64,000 nucleotides of DNA. Source: Bacteroidota bacterium. GTDB taxonomy: Bacteria; Bacteroidota; Bacteroidia; Cytophagales; UBA9547. Positions 28,476-38,497 of this stretch are shown here, piece after piece. The stretch's first letter is position 1. Every line of letters begins with the position of its first letter. The stretch covers positions 13,394 to 77,393 of the forward strand of contig JBEEOW010000011.1 in NCBI GenBank assembly GCA_041191405.1, given 5' to 3'. A program made the position numbers and the translations under genes. The notes under the pieces were generated by a model. It was not told the DNA's origin, ran no database searches, and saw only the letters and a program-made list of their open reading frames with translations.

Positions 28476-31400
28476 ATGCAAAAGTTTGATGTAAATACTG
28501 TTCAATTACAAGGCAATAATTTAATTGAGGCAAGTGCAGGTACTGGTAAAACTTACTCAGTTGGTATATTGGTATTGAGACTTTTAATTGAAAAACCAAT
28601 TTCTGTAAAAGAGATTTTAATGGTAACATTTACCGAAGCTGCTGTTGAAGAATTAAAAAGTAGAATTAGGAAATTTATATACCAAGCCTGGCAATATAGT
28701 AATAATACTTCAATTCAAATTGAGGAAAAAGGTATCAAAGAATTACTAGATAAGCGTACAGATTTAGAGGAAGTTAGCAAAAAATTAAATGAAGCAATTT
28801 TGCTTATTGATGAAATAGCAATTTCAACCATTCACGGATTTTGTACACGAACTCTTAAAGAATTTGCCTTTGAAACAAATCAAAACTTTGATTTGAAGAT
28901 GGTTCCTGACTTATCAGAAGTAAAAAATGAGGCACTGTTTACAGTTTGGAGAAGGGATGTAACTGTTTTACCAACTGAAATTTTAAAAGTAATTTTCAAA
29001 GCTGGTTTTAATCAAACGCAATTATTAGATATAACAAAACAAGTTATTGATAACAAAAAAATCATTGATGATTTAATTGAAAATATTGATGACAATCAAC
29101 TTGTAATTAATACTTTAGATAATCTTTCTAACCTTCAAGTTACAGCTTTAGAAACACTTCAAGAATTTATTAAAGATAATTATAGTTCTATTTCAAATTC
29201 AATTAATAAAGCTAATAAAAACAGTAACTTATATAAAAAGTTTAACAAGTCAATTGACCAAATTTTAGATAATTTTGATGCCTTTCTTGAGGACGTAAAT
29301 AAAAATATTCAGAAAAATATATTTGATAATCAGTTTGTTGAAACTTTTTTACAGTTTCAACATGATACTGCAGAATATGGCATTTTTGTGAATAAATTAG
29401 TTTCAAGCTATTATTTAAAATGTGCGGTTTCAATTTGCGAAGAAATCAAAAACATTAAAAACAGACGCAATATTCAATCTTTTGATGATTTAATTCTAAA
29501 TCTTCATAAGACAGTTACTGTATCTGAAAATAATGAACAATTAATCAAGGGCTTACAAAAAAAATACAAAGCTATTTTTATTGATGAATTTCAGGATACA
29601 GACAAATTGCAATACGAAATATTTTCATCAGCATTTGAAAATTCGTCTGCAATAATGTTTTATATCGGTGATCCAAAACAGTCAATTTATGGATTTAGAA
29701 AAGCCGATTTAGATACTTACAAACTTGCCAGAAGTAAAGCAAATTGTTTTACGATGGATGTAAATTTTAGAAGTAATATTGCATTATTAAATGAATTAAA
29801 TAACTTTTTTTCACTTGAAAATCCATTTTTAGACCCTGAAATTGAATACCAAAATGTGCACTGTGGTAAACCTAAACTTGGTACTTTGGTAAATACTAAC
29901 AATGAACCAATTCAAAGTTTAGAGTTTTTTTCTTATTCAAATAAAGAGAATTTAAACACTCATTTGGTAGAATATATTTTGTTAATGCTTAGTTCGCCAT
30001 ATCAAATTTTTGAAAATGAGGTTTACAGAAATGTGCAACCAAGTGATATTGGTATTTTGGTTAGAAGTAACGATGAAGGTAGAGCATTAAAACTTGATTT
30101 GGGCAAACGTGGTATTCCTGCGGTTGTGGTTGATGATACCAAGATTTTTGATTCAGACGAAATCAATTATGTAATATATATCTTACAGGCAATCAATGAC
30201 ATAAACAATAGTACAATCAATAAAGCATTAGGTACTCCCCTATTTTTAGATCATTTTGAAGATATAATTCGCATTAATCATGAAGTTGAAATTTTAAACT
30301 TTGAAAAAATTAAAGAAGAATTAAATACCAAAGGTGTTTACAGTGCTTTGCACACTTTGCTCGATATTTATAATCTGAGAAACAATCTATTACAAGCAAA
30401 TCATAAAAAAGGGAATAGAATAATTACCAATTTTCTACACATAACTGAGTTATTACATAAGCAACAATCTCGATTTAAGTTAACACTTGAGGAGATGATT
30501 GATTGGTTAAAAAGAGCTCAAAAAGGCGGTATTAGTACTGAAAATAATTTTGAACAAAGACTCGAAAGTGACGAAAATGCTGTAAATATTGTAACTGTTC
30601 ATAAATCTAAAGGCTTGGCTTACAATATTGTATTTGCGCCATTTCTTGACAAAACCTATAAACCACCTAAAAACAATATCTTAAGTTTTAAACAAAATAA
30701 TGAATATGTTTTTAGTTTAGATTTAAAAAATGAGGAATACTTAAATATTCATAAATCTTTATTTGATCAAGAGGCTAAAAGACTTATTTATGTTGCTCTT
30801 ACAAGGGCTGTATATTATTGTGGTGTTTATGGAAAATTGAAAGACAAAAGCGAGTCAACATTATCGTCGTTTATAAACCATTGGGACAGAAATTATGGAA
30901 CAATTTCAGTTGAAGAAAACACTTTAATAACTGAAAATCAATATAAAATCAACATACCAATAGTAAAATATAAACCTCATTTACAGGCTATTAATAAAGA
31001 TTTTAGGAAGAAATGGTCTGTGTTGAGTTATTCAAGTATTGCAACGCACAATACTTTATTCATTGCAAATAACAATGAGTCATTACCAAGTGATGAATTT
31101 GAGCATTTTATTTTTTACAAAATGCCAAAAGGAACCAATTTCGGACAATTTGTACATCATATTTTAGAGAATATTCATTTTGCTGATGCTAAGTTTTGGG
31201 ATAAAAAAATACACTTTGCTGCTCAAAAATATTTGGGATGGACAAATACTTTAACTCCAAACAATGAAATTGAATTAAAACATTATAAATCCTTTCTAAA
31301 CCATATTTGTAATACTGAAATTTATACACCTCATTCAACTTTTAAAATATCTGACATTCAACACAAAATATGTGAAATGCAGTTTTATTTTGATTACAAG

Positions 31401-31820
31401 AAAATCAATTTAAACAACTTAAAAACTGTACTTAAACAAGAATTTGAGTTAGAACAAAAGCATGATATTCATATTGAAGGTTTGATGAATGGATTTATTG
31501 ATTTAGTATTTGAACAAGATGGTAAATTCTATATTCTTGACTGGAAAACGAATTATTTAGGCAATAATTTGAATGCTTATAATCAAGAAAACTTGCTTAA
31601 TGCAATGAATATCAACAACTATCATTTGCAGTATATGATTTATACTGTGGCATTGGTTAGGTATTTACGTCAGAAAATTGAAAATTTTGATTACGATACT
31701 CATTTTGGTGGTGTATTGTATTTATTTGTTCGTGGTGTTAGATTAGACAATACTACAGGTATTTATTTCAACAGACTCACTGAAAATGAATACTGTATCA
31801 TTGAAAAAGTGATTGGGTAA
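28476..31820 (+). CDS. recB: Exodeoxyribonuclease V beta subunit
   Basis: IEASAGTGKTY, IDEFQDTD, IGDPKQSIYGFR, VTVHKSKGL; nuclease motif GFIDLVF...ILDWKTN. Confidence 0.95.
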   Translation: MQKFDVNTVQLQGNNLIEASAGTGKTYSVGILVLRLLIEKPISVKEILMVTFTEAAVEELKSRIRKFIYQAWQYSNNTSIQIEEKGIKELLDKRTDLEEVSKKLNEAILLIDEIAISTIHGFCTRTLKEFAFETNQNFDLKMVPDLSEVKNEALFTVWRRDVTVLPTEILKVIFKAGFNQTQLLDITKQVIDNKKIIDDLIENIDDNQLVINTLDNLSNLQVTALETLQEFIKDNYSSISNSINKANKNSNLYKKFNKSIDQILDNFDAFLEDVNKNIQKNIFDNQFVETFLQFQHDTAEYGIFVNKLVSSYYLKCAVSICEEIKNIKNRRNIQSFDDLILNLHKTVTVSENNEQLIKGLQKKYKAIFIDEFQDTDKLQYEIFSSAFENSSAIMFYIGDPKQSIYGFRKADLDTYKLARSKANCFTMDVNFRSNIALLNELNNFFSLENPFLDPEIEYQNVHCGKPKLGTLVNTNNEPIQSLEFFSYSNKENLNTHLVEYILLMLSSPYQIFENEVYRNVQPSDIGILVRSNDEGRALKLDLGKRGIPAVVVDDTKIFDSDEINYVIYILQAINDINNSTINKALGTPLFLDHFEDIIRINHEVEILNFEKIKEELNTKGVYSALHTLLDIYNLRNNLLQANHKKGNRIITNFLHITELLHKQQSRFKLTLEEMIDWLKRAQKGGISTENNFEQRLESDENAVNIVTVHKSKGLAYNIVFAPFLDKTYKPPKNNILSFKQNNEYVFSLDLKNEEYLNIHKSLFDQEAKRLIYVALTRAVYYCGVYGKLKDKSESTLSSFINHWDRNYGTISVEENTLITENQYKINIPIVKYKPHLQAINKDFRKKWSVLSYSSIATHNTLFIANNNESLPSDEFEHFIFYKMPKGTNFGQFVHHILENIHFADAKFWDKKIHFAAQKYLGWTNTLTPNNEIELKHYKSFLNHICNTEIYTPHSTFKISDIQHKICEMQFYFDYKKINLNNLKTVLKQEFELEQKHDIHIEGLMNGFIDLVFEQDGKFYILDWKTNYLGNNLNAYNQENLLNAMNINNYHLQYMIYTVALVRYLRQKIENFDYDTHFGGVLYLFVRGVRLDNTTGIYFNRLTENEYCIIEKVIG

Positions 31821-31838
31821 AGACTATTTTAGTAATTA

Positions 31839-32450
31839 TTACCTCAACCCTACCGCTACAACAACTCCCGAAAAAATCATAATTACACCTAAAATTTTAT
31901 TTGAAATAGTTAAAATTTTAGGTGTAATTAATTTTCGTAATCTACTAGCTATAAATGATTTTGTAACATCAAAACTTAGTGTACAAATCAATATTCCTGC
32001 AAAAAATGCAATGAAATTAGGCATTTGATTGTCAAATTCTACCAAGGCTACTCCTACTGTTGCCAACCAAAATAGCAAAACCGAAGGTGTAAATGTGTTT
32101 AATGTAAATCCATTTACAAAAGCTTTAAACCTAAATAATGTTTTATTACTTCTATCCTGTTGAATTACTTTTGATTTTTTAATAATGTTAACTAAGCCAA
32201 ACATAACCAAAACCAATCCTCCAATAATTTCAACAATACGCTTATTAAAATATACATCAAACAAACTTTCTATTGCAAAATAACTAAACACAATAAACAG
32301 TAAATCAGAGAGAACAATTCCCAAAGCTGCACAAATGGCAACTTTTACACCTTGTTCAATACTGGTTTGAAGTAAGAAAAAAAATACTGGTCCAACCAAA
32401 AATGCTAATAAAAAACCAGCACTTACTCCTTCAAAAAACGATTCAATCAT
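31839..32450 (-). CDS. LysE family translocator
   Basis: LVGPVFFFLLQTSIEQG, LGIVLSD; about 6 TM segments. Confidence 0.85.
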   Translation of the reverse strand: MIESFFEGVSAGFLLAFLVGPVFFFLLQTSIEQGVKVAICAALGIVLSDLLFIVFSYFAIESLFDVYFNKRIVEIIGGLVLVMFGLVNIIKKSKVIQQDRSNKTLFRFKAFVNGFTLNTFTPSVLLFWLATVGVALVEFDNQMPNFIAFFAGILICTLSFDVTKSFIASRLRKLITPKILTISNKILGVIMIFSGVVVAVGLR

Positions 32451-32456
32451 ATTAAT

Positions 32457-34004
32457 TTAAACATTTACAGTTGAAATAAAATTTGTCCAATCTGCAAGCA
32501 TACCATTTTTCATAACTCTAGGAAACTTATGCGAACCACCCACTTTGCCCTTACTTTTCATCCAATCCATAAATATATGTGAAGGCAAAACTTCTACAAT
32601 TACATCTTTTAAAGCACAAATTCTCTCCACTTTATAATCATCATTAATCAATTTTAAATTTTCATCTAATTGATTTTTAAATAATTGTGTGTCTATTTTA
32701 TCATCAGAACCTAAATACCAATGATGTGCAAACATATTTTCAAATGGCACTCCAGCAACTGTAAATTCCTTAATATCAACATTTAATTGTTCCGAAGTCA
32801 TTTTTATTGCTTTGTTCATATTATCAACCGATAAATGTTCACCACATAAACTTAAAAAATGCTTCGTTCTACCTCTAATTATCAATTCCTGTTTGTCAAC
32901 ATCTGTAAAACGAACTACATCACCAATTAAATATCGCCAAGCTCCTGCACAAGTTGAAAGTAAAATGGCATAATCAACATCAGGTTTTACTTCATTAATC
33001 ATCAATGTTTCGGCTGTTGGTTTAATTTCTCCATCAGCATCAAAATTATCATCATTAAATGGTACAAATTCATAAAAAATGCCTCCATTGAGCACCAATT
33101 TCATAGATTTTGTATTGGGCGAAGTTTGAAAAGCGATAAAACCCTCAGAGGCTAAATAAGTTTCAATATAAACCAATGGCTTGGCAAGTAATTTTTCAAA
33201 GCTCTTTTTATAAGGTTCAAACGCAACGCCACCGTGACAAAAAACATATAAATTTGGCCAAATATCGTGTATAGTTTTAACTTTATAATGTTCAATAATG
33301 CGTTCCATCATAATCTGAATCCACGCAGGAACACCAACAATATAGCCAACATCCCATTTCGAGGCATTTTCAACTATTTCATTTAATTTGCTTTCCCAGT
33401 CTCTATTTTTGGCAATTTTTTTACCGGGTTTATAAAAATGCTGAAACCAAAAAGGAATTTTACTTGTACTAATTCCACTTAAATCGCCTTCGAAATAAGT
33501 ACCATTAAATTGCAAATGCGTACTTCCACCGAGCATTAAAATACGTTTTTCAAAAATATCTTTTGGCAAATCAAATTCAGCCAAACTTAACATTTGCTTT
33601 ACACTCGTTTTTTTAATTGCCTTCAGCATAGCCTTTGTTAAAGGAATATGTTTGGTACTAGCCTCTGAGGTGCCACTACTTAAAGCAAAATATTTCACTT
33701 TTCCTGGCCAAGTAATATCTTCTTCCCCATTTAAGTTTTTATGCCACCATTCTTTAAAAATAGAATTATAGGTATAAATGGGAATTTCAGATTTAAATGC
33801 TTGATATAATGAGCTTTGTGAAGTAATGTTTTTGTTGAATATGATGTCTGAAAAGTTATAATATTGTCCGAATTCTGTAAACTCCGCTTTATTTAGCAAT
33901 TTTATTAACTGTTTTTTTTGAAGTATAAATGGATCTATTGTTTCTGATTTGAAATTTTTGCTTAAATCTAATCCCTTTTTGAGCAAAGTACCTAATATTG
34001 CCAT
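32457..34004 (-). CDS. GH3 auxin-responsive family acyl-adenylate ligase
   Basis: FALSSGTS, ETYLASEGF, AGAWRYLIGD, KFPRV. Confidence 0.9.
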   Translation of the reverse strand: MAILGTLLKKGLDLSKNFKSETIDPFILQKKQLIKLLNKAEFTEFGQYYNFSDIIFNKNITSQSSLYQAFKSEIPIYTYNSIFKEWWHKNLNGEEDITWPGKVKYFALSSGTSEASTKHIPLTKAMLKAIKKTSVKQMLSLAEFDLPKDIFEKRILMLGGSTHLQFNGTYFEGDLSGISTSKIPFWFQHFYKPGKKIAKNRDWESKLNEIVENASKWDVGYIVGVPAWIQIMMERIIEHYKVKTIHDIWPNLYVFCHGGVAFEPYKKSFEKLLAKPLVYIETYLASEGFIAFQTSPNTKSMKLVLNGGIFYEFVPFNDDNFDADGEIKPTAETLMINEVKPDVDYAILLSTCAGAWRYLIGDVVRFTDVDKQELIIRGRTKHFLSLCGEHLSVDNMNKAIKMTSEQLNVDIKEFTVAGVPFENMFAHHWYLGSDDKIDTQLFKNQLDENLKLINDDYKVERICALKDVIVEVLPSHIFMDWMKSKGKVGGSHKFPRVMKNGMLADWTNFISTVNV

Positions 34005-34175
34005 AATTTCATTATTTAATGTAAATCCTCACACTTTTCCTTGTATTTTTGTGGTACTCAAAATAATACATTGATTATTACTAAATCATTAACTAAAATT
34101 AAAATTCATTGATGTTTCAATAAGTTTTAAATAATAATTGTAAATATTTGCACCAAACTCTACTGATGTTATAAG

Positions 34176-34847
34176 ATGGAATACATTAAAAGAAACTTAG
34201 ATATATTACTAAATAAAATTGAAGGTACAGGTTGTCAATTGGTTGCAGTAACAAAAACGCATCCTATTGAAGTGCTTGATTATACTTATAAATTAGGTTT
34301 TAAGCGTTTTGGTGAAAACAAAGTGCAAGAAATGTGCGACAAGCAAGTGCAACTTCCTGCTGATGTTGATTGGCATTTAATTGGACATTTACAAAGTAAT
34401 AAAGTAAAATATGCAGCTCCTTTTACGTCTTTAATTCATGGAGTAGATTCGTTTTCATTGTTGCAAAAAATTAATAAACAAGCACTTAAAAATAACAGAA
34501 CCATTAATTGTTTACTTCAATTACATATTGCTCAGGAAGAAACTAAATTTGGTTTAGACGAATCTGAGCTAAAAACAATTTTAGATAATCCTGCATTTTA
34601 TGAGTTGAAAAATATTAAAATTAAGGGTTTGATGGGTATGGCTAGTAATACGGATAATCAAAATCAAGTACGAGCTGAATTTAGAGGTTTAAAAACTCTT
34701 TGGGACTCAATAAAACAAAACTACCAAAACGAAAGAGTTGATATACAAACACTTTCAATGGGAATGAGTGGCGATTACCAAATTGCTATTGAGGAAGGTA
34801 GTACTTTGATTAGAGTTGGTAGTGCCATATTTGGTAATAGAGGGTAA
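34176..34847 (+). CDS. yggS: YggS family PLP homeostasis protein
   Basis: LVAVTK, FGENKVQE, WHLIGHLQSNK, LSMGMSGDY, RVGSAIFG. Confidence 0.95.
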   Translation: MEYIKRNLDILLNKIEGTGCQLVAVTKTHPIEVLDYTYKLGFKRFGENKVQEMCDKQVQLPADVDWHLIGHLQSNKVKYAAPFTSLIHGVDSFSLLQKINKQALKNNRTINCLLQLHIAQEETKFGLDESELKTILDNPAFYELKNIKIKGLMGMASNTDNQNQVRAEFRGLKTLWDSIKQNYQNERVDIQTLSMGMSGDYQIAIEEGSTLIRVGSAIFGNRG

Positions 34848-34883
34848 AAATATATATAAAATTTTTCAGTAAAAATTAAAATC

Positions 34884-35912
34884 ATGTCACGCTACCACCG
34901 ACAAATAATTTTACCAGAAATTGGTTTAGAAGGTCAAGCTAAATTAAGCAAAGCTAAAGTATTAGTTATTGGTGCTGGCGGACTTGGTTGTCCGGTGTTA
35001 AGTTATTTAACTGGTGCTGGAGTTGGTACTATCGGAATCATTGATAATGATACCATTAGTGAAACAAATTTACATCGACAAGTATTGTATCAAACTGCAC
35101 AAATTGGGAATTTTAAAGCAGAAACCGCTGTATTAAATCTAAAAAAACTCAATCCAGAAATTGAATTTGAAACTTATACAGATTGGTTAACTGTCGAAAA
35201 TGCACTAGATGTTATTACAAAATACGATATAATAGTAGATGCAAGTGATAATTTTGCAACAAGATATTTAGTAAATGATTCTTGTGTAATTTTGAATAAA
35301 CCGTTTGTTTTTGCAGCTATTCAAGGTTTTGAAGCACAAGTTTCGGTTTTTAATTACAAATCCGGACCAACTTACAGATGTTTATTTCCAGAACCGCCAA
35401 CTGATGCTCCTGATTGTAATACTTTGGGTGTTTTGGGAGTTCTGCCAAGTATTGCAGGAAGTTTTCAAGCAAATGAAGTATTAAAAATAATATTAGAAAT
35501 TGGAGAGGTTTTGAGCGGTAAATTATTAATTTATAATACTTTACAAAACTCTTTTTTAACTTTAAACTTTGTAAAAAACGCTAAAAACACTCAAATTACA
35601 AAACTACAATCAAGCTATAATTTCAGTTGCGATGTTCCATCTGAAAATATTAGTTTAGAGGAGTTATTAAAATTAAAAAATCAAAACAAAAACCTGACAA
35701 TCATTGATTTACGAGAAAAAAACGAAGTAAATTTTTTTGATATTGAAGATGCAATCCAAATCCCTTTAAGCTTATTGCCATTTCAATTAAATAAACTCGA
35801 TAAAAACAATTCTCTGGTACTATTTTGTGCAACTGGCACTAGAAGTACTAAAGCAAAAGTATTTTTAAAAGAACAAGGTTTTGAAAATGTTGTGTTGTTG
35901 AAACAAGAATAA
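34884..35912 (+). CDS. moeB: HesA/MoeB/ThiF adenylyltransferase with C-terminal rhodanese domain
   Basis: RYHRQIIL, VIGAGGLG, NLHRQ, DNFATRY; rhodanese loop FCATGTRS. Confidence 0.88.
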   Translation: MSRYHRQIILPEIGLEGQAKLSKAKVLVIGAGGLGCPVLSYLTGAGVGTIGIIDNDTISETNLHRQVLYQTAQIGNFKAETAVLNLKKLNPEIEFETYTDWLTVENALDVITKYDIIVDASDNFATRYLVNDSCVILNKPFVFAAIQGFEAQVSVFNYKSGPTYRCLFPEPPTDAPDCNTLGVLGVLPSIAGSFQANEVLKIILEIGEVLSGKLLIYNTLQNSFLTLNFVKNAKNTQITKLQSSYNFSCDVPSENISLEELLKLKNQNKNLTIIDLREKNEVNFFDIEDAIQIPLSLLPFQLNKLDKNNSLVLFCATGTRSTKAKVFLKEQGFENVVLLKQE

Positions 35913-36007
35913 AGACTTAAGATAAAAGACGAAAGACTTAAGATTTTAGACATTTCATATCTATAATCTTAAGTCTTCCGTCTTAAGTCTTTAATCTAAT
36001 CTAAATC
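35912..36007. repeat. Degenerate 7-bp tandem repeats (AAGACTT family) in two inverted blocks
   Basis: aagactt aagataa aagacga aagactt aagattt tagacat, then the complementary block ttaagtc ttccgtc ttaagtc tttaatc. Confidence 0.7.
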
Positions 36008-37597
36008 TTAACTAAAATACTTCAATTGAATCACTTCTTTTTCAGTTAAATGTCTCCAGTGACCACGAGGTAAATCTTTTTTGGTTAAAGATGCATACAT
36101 CACTCTATCCAAACGAACTACTTCGTATCCAAAATGCTCAAACATACGACGAACAATTCTGTTTTTACCTGAGTGAATTTCAATTCCTAAAATACCAAAT
36201 TTCTCGTCAATGTGTGCTACTTCGTCAGGTTTCACAAAACCATCTTCAAGTGTAACTCCATTTTGTAAAGTCTCAAAATCCTCACGAGACATTGGCTTAT
36301 CTAACTGAACTTCATATATTTTACGAATATTTGTTGATGGATGCGCTAATTTTTGCGATAACTCTCCATCATTCGTTAATAATAAAATTCCAGTAGTATT
36401 TCTATCCAAACGCCCAACAGGGTAAATACGCTCATTACCAACATTGGCAACAAGTTGCATTACAGTTTTGCGTTCTTGTGGATCACGAGTTGTTGTGATA
36501 AAATCTTTAGGTTTGTTCAATAAAACGTAAGTCATTTTTTCACGTTTTAAAGTTCTGTCACCATATTTAATAGTATCAGTTGGTTGCACTTTGTAACCCA
36601 TTTCAGTTACAACTGAACCGTTTACAGTAATTTCCCCAGCTTCAATTAATAAATCGGCATCTCTACGTGAACAAATTCCAGCATTAGCAATAAAACGATT
36701 CAAACGAATACCATCTTCATTTTTAACGCCGATTTTCTCTTTTCTGAATTTGTTTTGTTTTTCTTCTAAAGCTTTAAACTTACCAAAATCGTAACTTGGA
36801 GCTTCTAGTGGATTTTTAACCAAAGGTTTAGCCTCTTTACTTGTTGATAGTGTTGGAGCACCTGTAACGTCTGAATTATCAATACGTCCACGTTTTTCTT
36901 TTGCAGTTTTTACTCTTGCTTTGCGTTCAAAACCATCTGGAGTAATAATCACAACCTCTTTTTTCTCTTTTACTAAACGAGTTTTCAACCAAGGTTTATC
37001 TTTTACAGTACCTTGTGAAGCTTCTCTATTTAAAAATTTCTTAGTAACGGTTGGTTTTGTTGCTGAAAATGGTTTATCAGACGATTTTTTTGCATAAGGA
37101 CGAGCATTTGGTCTGTTGCTGTCAAATGTTCGTTCAGCCCTATCTGCACCTGGAGCTGTGTATGGACCTTTTGAACGTGGTCTGTCCGATGAAGATGTTT
37201 TTTCATACCTATCAGCACTTGGTTTGCCAGTTGCATAAGGTTTATCAGCATATGGTCTACCAGAACCAGAAGATTTAGGTCTGTTACCTTCAAATTTTCT
37301 TTCTCCACCTCTTTCAGAAGCAGGTTTTGAAGAAGAATACGGTCTTTCTGATGATGAAGTAGTTTTTGAATAACCTGCAGAACGAGGTTTTGCATCTCTA
37401 TCAAAACTTCTTTCGCCTCTAGTTTCAGAAGCAGTTTTTGATGAGGAAAAAGATCTACCTGTAGATGATGAAGATCTTGAATCTGGGCGAGCTGATGATG
37501 AGCTTCTTCCCTTGTTAGTTGATGAGCCAGCTCTATTAGTTGACCCTGTCGCAGTTCTGCCATCTCGGCCTTTGCGTGAATTTGTATTGTCTCTCAT
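36008..37597 (-). CDS. rRNA pseudouridine synthase (RluB/RsuA family) with long disordered N-terminus
   Basis: S4 domain RLNRFIANAGICSRRDAD; catalytic motif PVGRLDRNTTG; GKNRIVRRMF. Confidence 0.92.
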   Translation of the reverse strand: MRDNTNSRKGRDGRTATGSTNRAGSSTNKGRSSSSARPDSRSSSSTGRSFSSSKTASETRGERSFDRDAKPRSAGYSKTTSSSERPYSSSKPASERGGERKFEGNRPKSSGSGRPYADKPYATGKPSADRYEKTSSSDRPRSKGPYTAPGADRAERTFDSNRPNARPYAKKSSDKPFSATKPTVTKKFLNREASQGTVKDKPWLKTRLVKEKKEVVIITPDGFERKARVKTAKEKRGRIDNSDVTGAPTLSTSKEAKPLVKNPLEAPSYDFGKFKALEEKQNKFRKEKIGVKNEDGIRLNRFIANAGICSRRDADLLIEAGEITVNGSVVTEMGYKVQPTDTIKYGDRTLKREKMTYVLLNKPKDFITTTRDPQERKTVMQLVANVGNERIYPVGRLDRNTTGILLLTNDGELSQKLAHPSTNIRKIYEVQLDKPMSREDFETLQNGVTLEDGFVKPDEVAHIDEKFGILGIEIHSGKNRIVRRMFEHFGYEVVRLDRVMYASLTKKDLPRGHWRHLTEKEVIQLKYFS

Positions 37598-37769
37598 TTC
37601 AAGTGTACAGTAATCACTACTGTGAAAATATTTCTATTTACAAAGGTATATGATTATCTTGTAAAAAGCTATTTTATTGAGAGATAAGTTATTGAGATAA
37701 TAAAAATGATTCAAATATGGAATTTAATTTTTTTAAAAATAGAGAATCAAATATTTTAATTTAGGTTAG

Positions 37770-38140
37770 AAAAAAAATCAACGAAAAGTCCTTTAAATTG
37801 TTAGACTTAAAGTACTTTTCGTTGAGTCGGGGTAGCAGGATTTAAAGCAACATCCTTCCCGATTTCAATACGTAACGAGATGCATAAAACAAAAAAAGTC
37901 CTTTAAATCGTTAGACTTAAAAGACTTTTAGTTGAGTCGGGGTAGCAGGATTTAAACTACAACCTTCCCGTTCAATTCGGGACGAGATACCATAAAAAAA
38001 GACTTACCATTTATCATGATTAGTCTTCGTTGAGTCGGGGTAGCAGGATAAAACTACGACCTTCCCGTTCAATACGGGACGAGAAACCATAAACAAAAAA
38101 AGTCCTTCAAATCGTTAAACTTAAAGGACTTTTCGTTGAG
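37770..38140 (-). repeat. Three tandem degenerate tRNA-Pro-derived units, each with a terminator-like hairpin
   Basis: gttgagtcggggtagcaggat at 37821, 37931, 38029 and 38135 (the last overlaps the true tRNA end); spacing 110/98/106 bp. Confidence 0.9.
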
Positions 38141-38214
38141 TCGGGGTAGCAGGATTCGAACCTACGACCTCCTGCTCCCAAAGCAGGCGCGATACCGGGC
38201 TACGCTATACCCCG
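38141..38214 (-). tRNA. tRNA-Pro(TGG)
   Basis: CGGGGTATAGCGTAGCCCGGTATCGCGCCTGCTTTGGGAGCAGGAGGTCGTAGGTTCGAATCCTGCTACCCCGA. Confidence 0.96.
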
Positions 38215-38247
38215 AAATGGTATCACAAATTAACAAAAAACAATATG

Positions 38248-38334
38248 CGGAGAGGGAGGGATTCGAACCCTCGGTACCGTTGCCAGTACGTCAGTTTAGC
38301 AAACTGGTGCTTTAGGCCACTCAGCCACCTCTCC
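38248..38334 (-). tRNA. tRNA-Ser(GCT)
   Basis: GGAGAGGTGGCTGAGTGGCCTAAAGCACCAGTTTGCTAAACTG, long variable arm, GGTTCGAATCCCTCCCTCTCCG. Confidence 0.95.
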
Positions 38335-38497
38335 GTATTAAGTGTTTTCCTTAATTGGTTCACAAAAGTAGTTTTTATTTTTGAAATTCCAAACTTATTA
38401 AAGCAAGTTTTTGGTATAATTTTAAATTAATTTTATATCATTCTATATTTCAATTCGATACAAATAGATTTATTTTTTAATTTATTTTAAACTAAAT

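Noticed and set aside
32457-34004. Plant-derived GH3 gene
   Set aside because: GH3-family genes are common in Bacteroidota and the context looks like core genome
37030-37563. 177-aa alternative-frame ORF
   Set aside because: Lies inside the low-complexity N-terminus of the pseudouridine synthase gene; no motif
37821-38155. CRISPR array interpretation of the 21-bp repeats
   Set aside because: The repeat is the tRNA-Pro 3' end, the spacers are about 77-89 bp and similar to each other, and no cas genes are present
38245-38430. 61-aa ORF
   Set aside because: Antisense to tRNA-Ser
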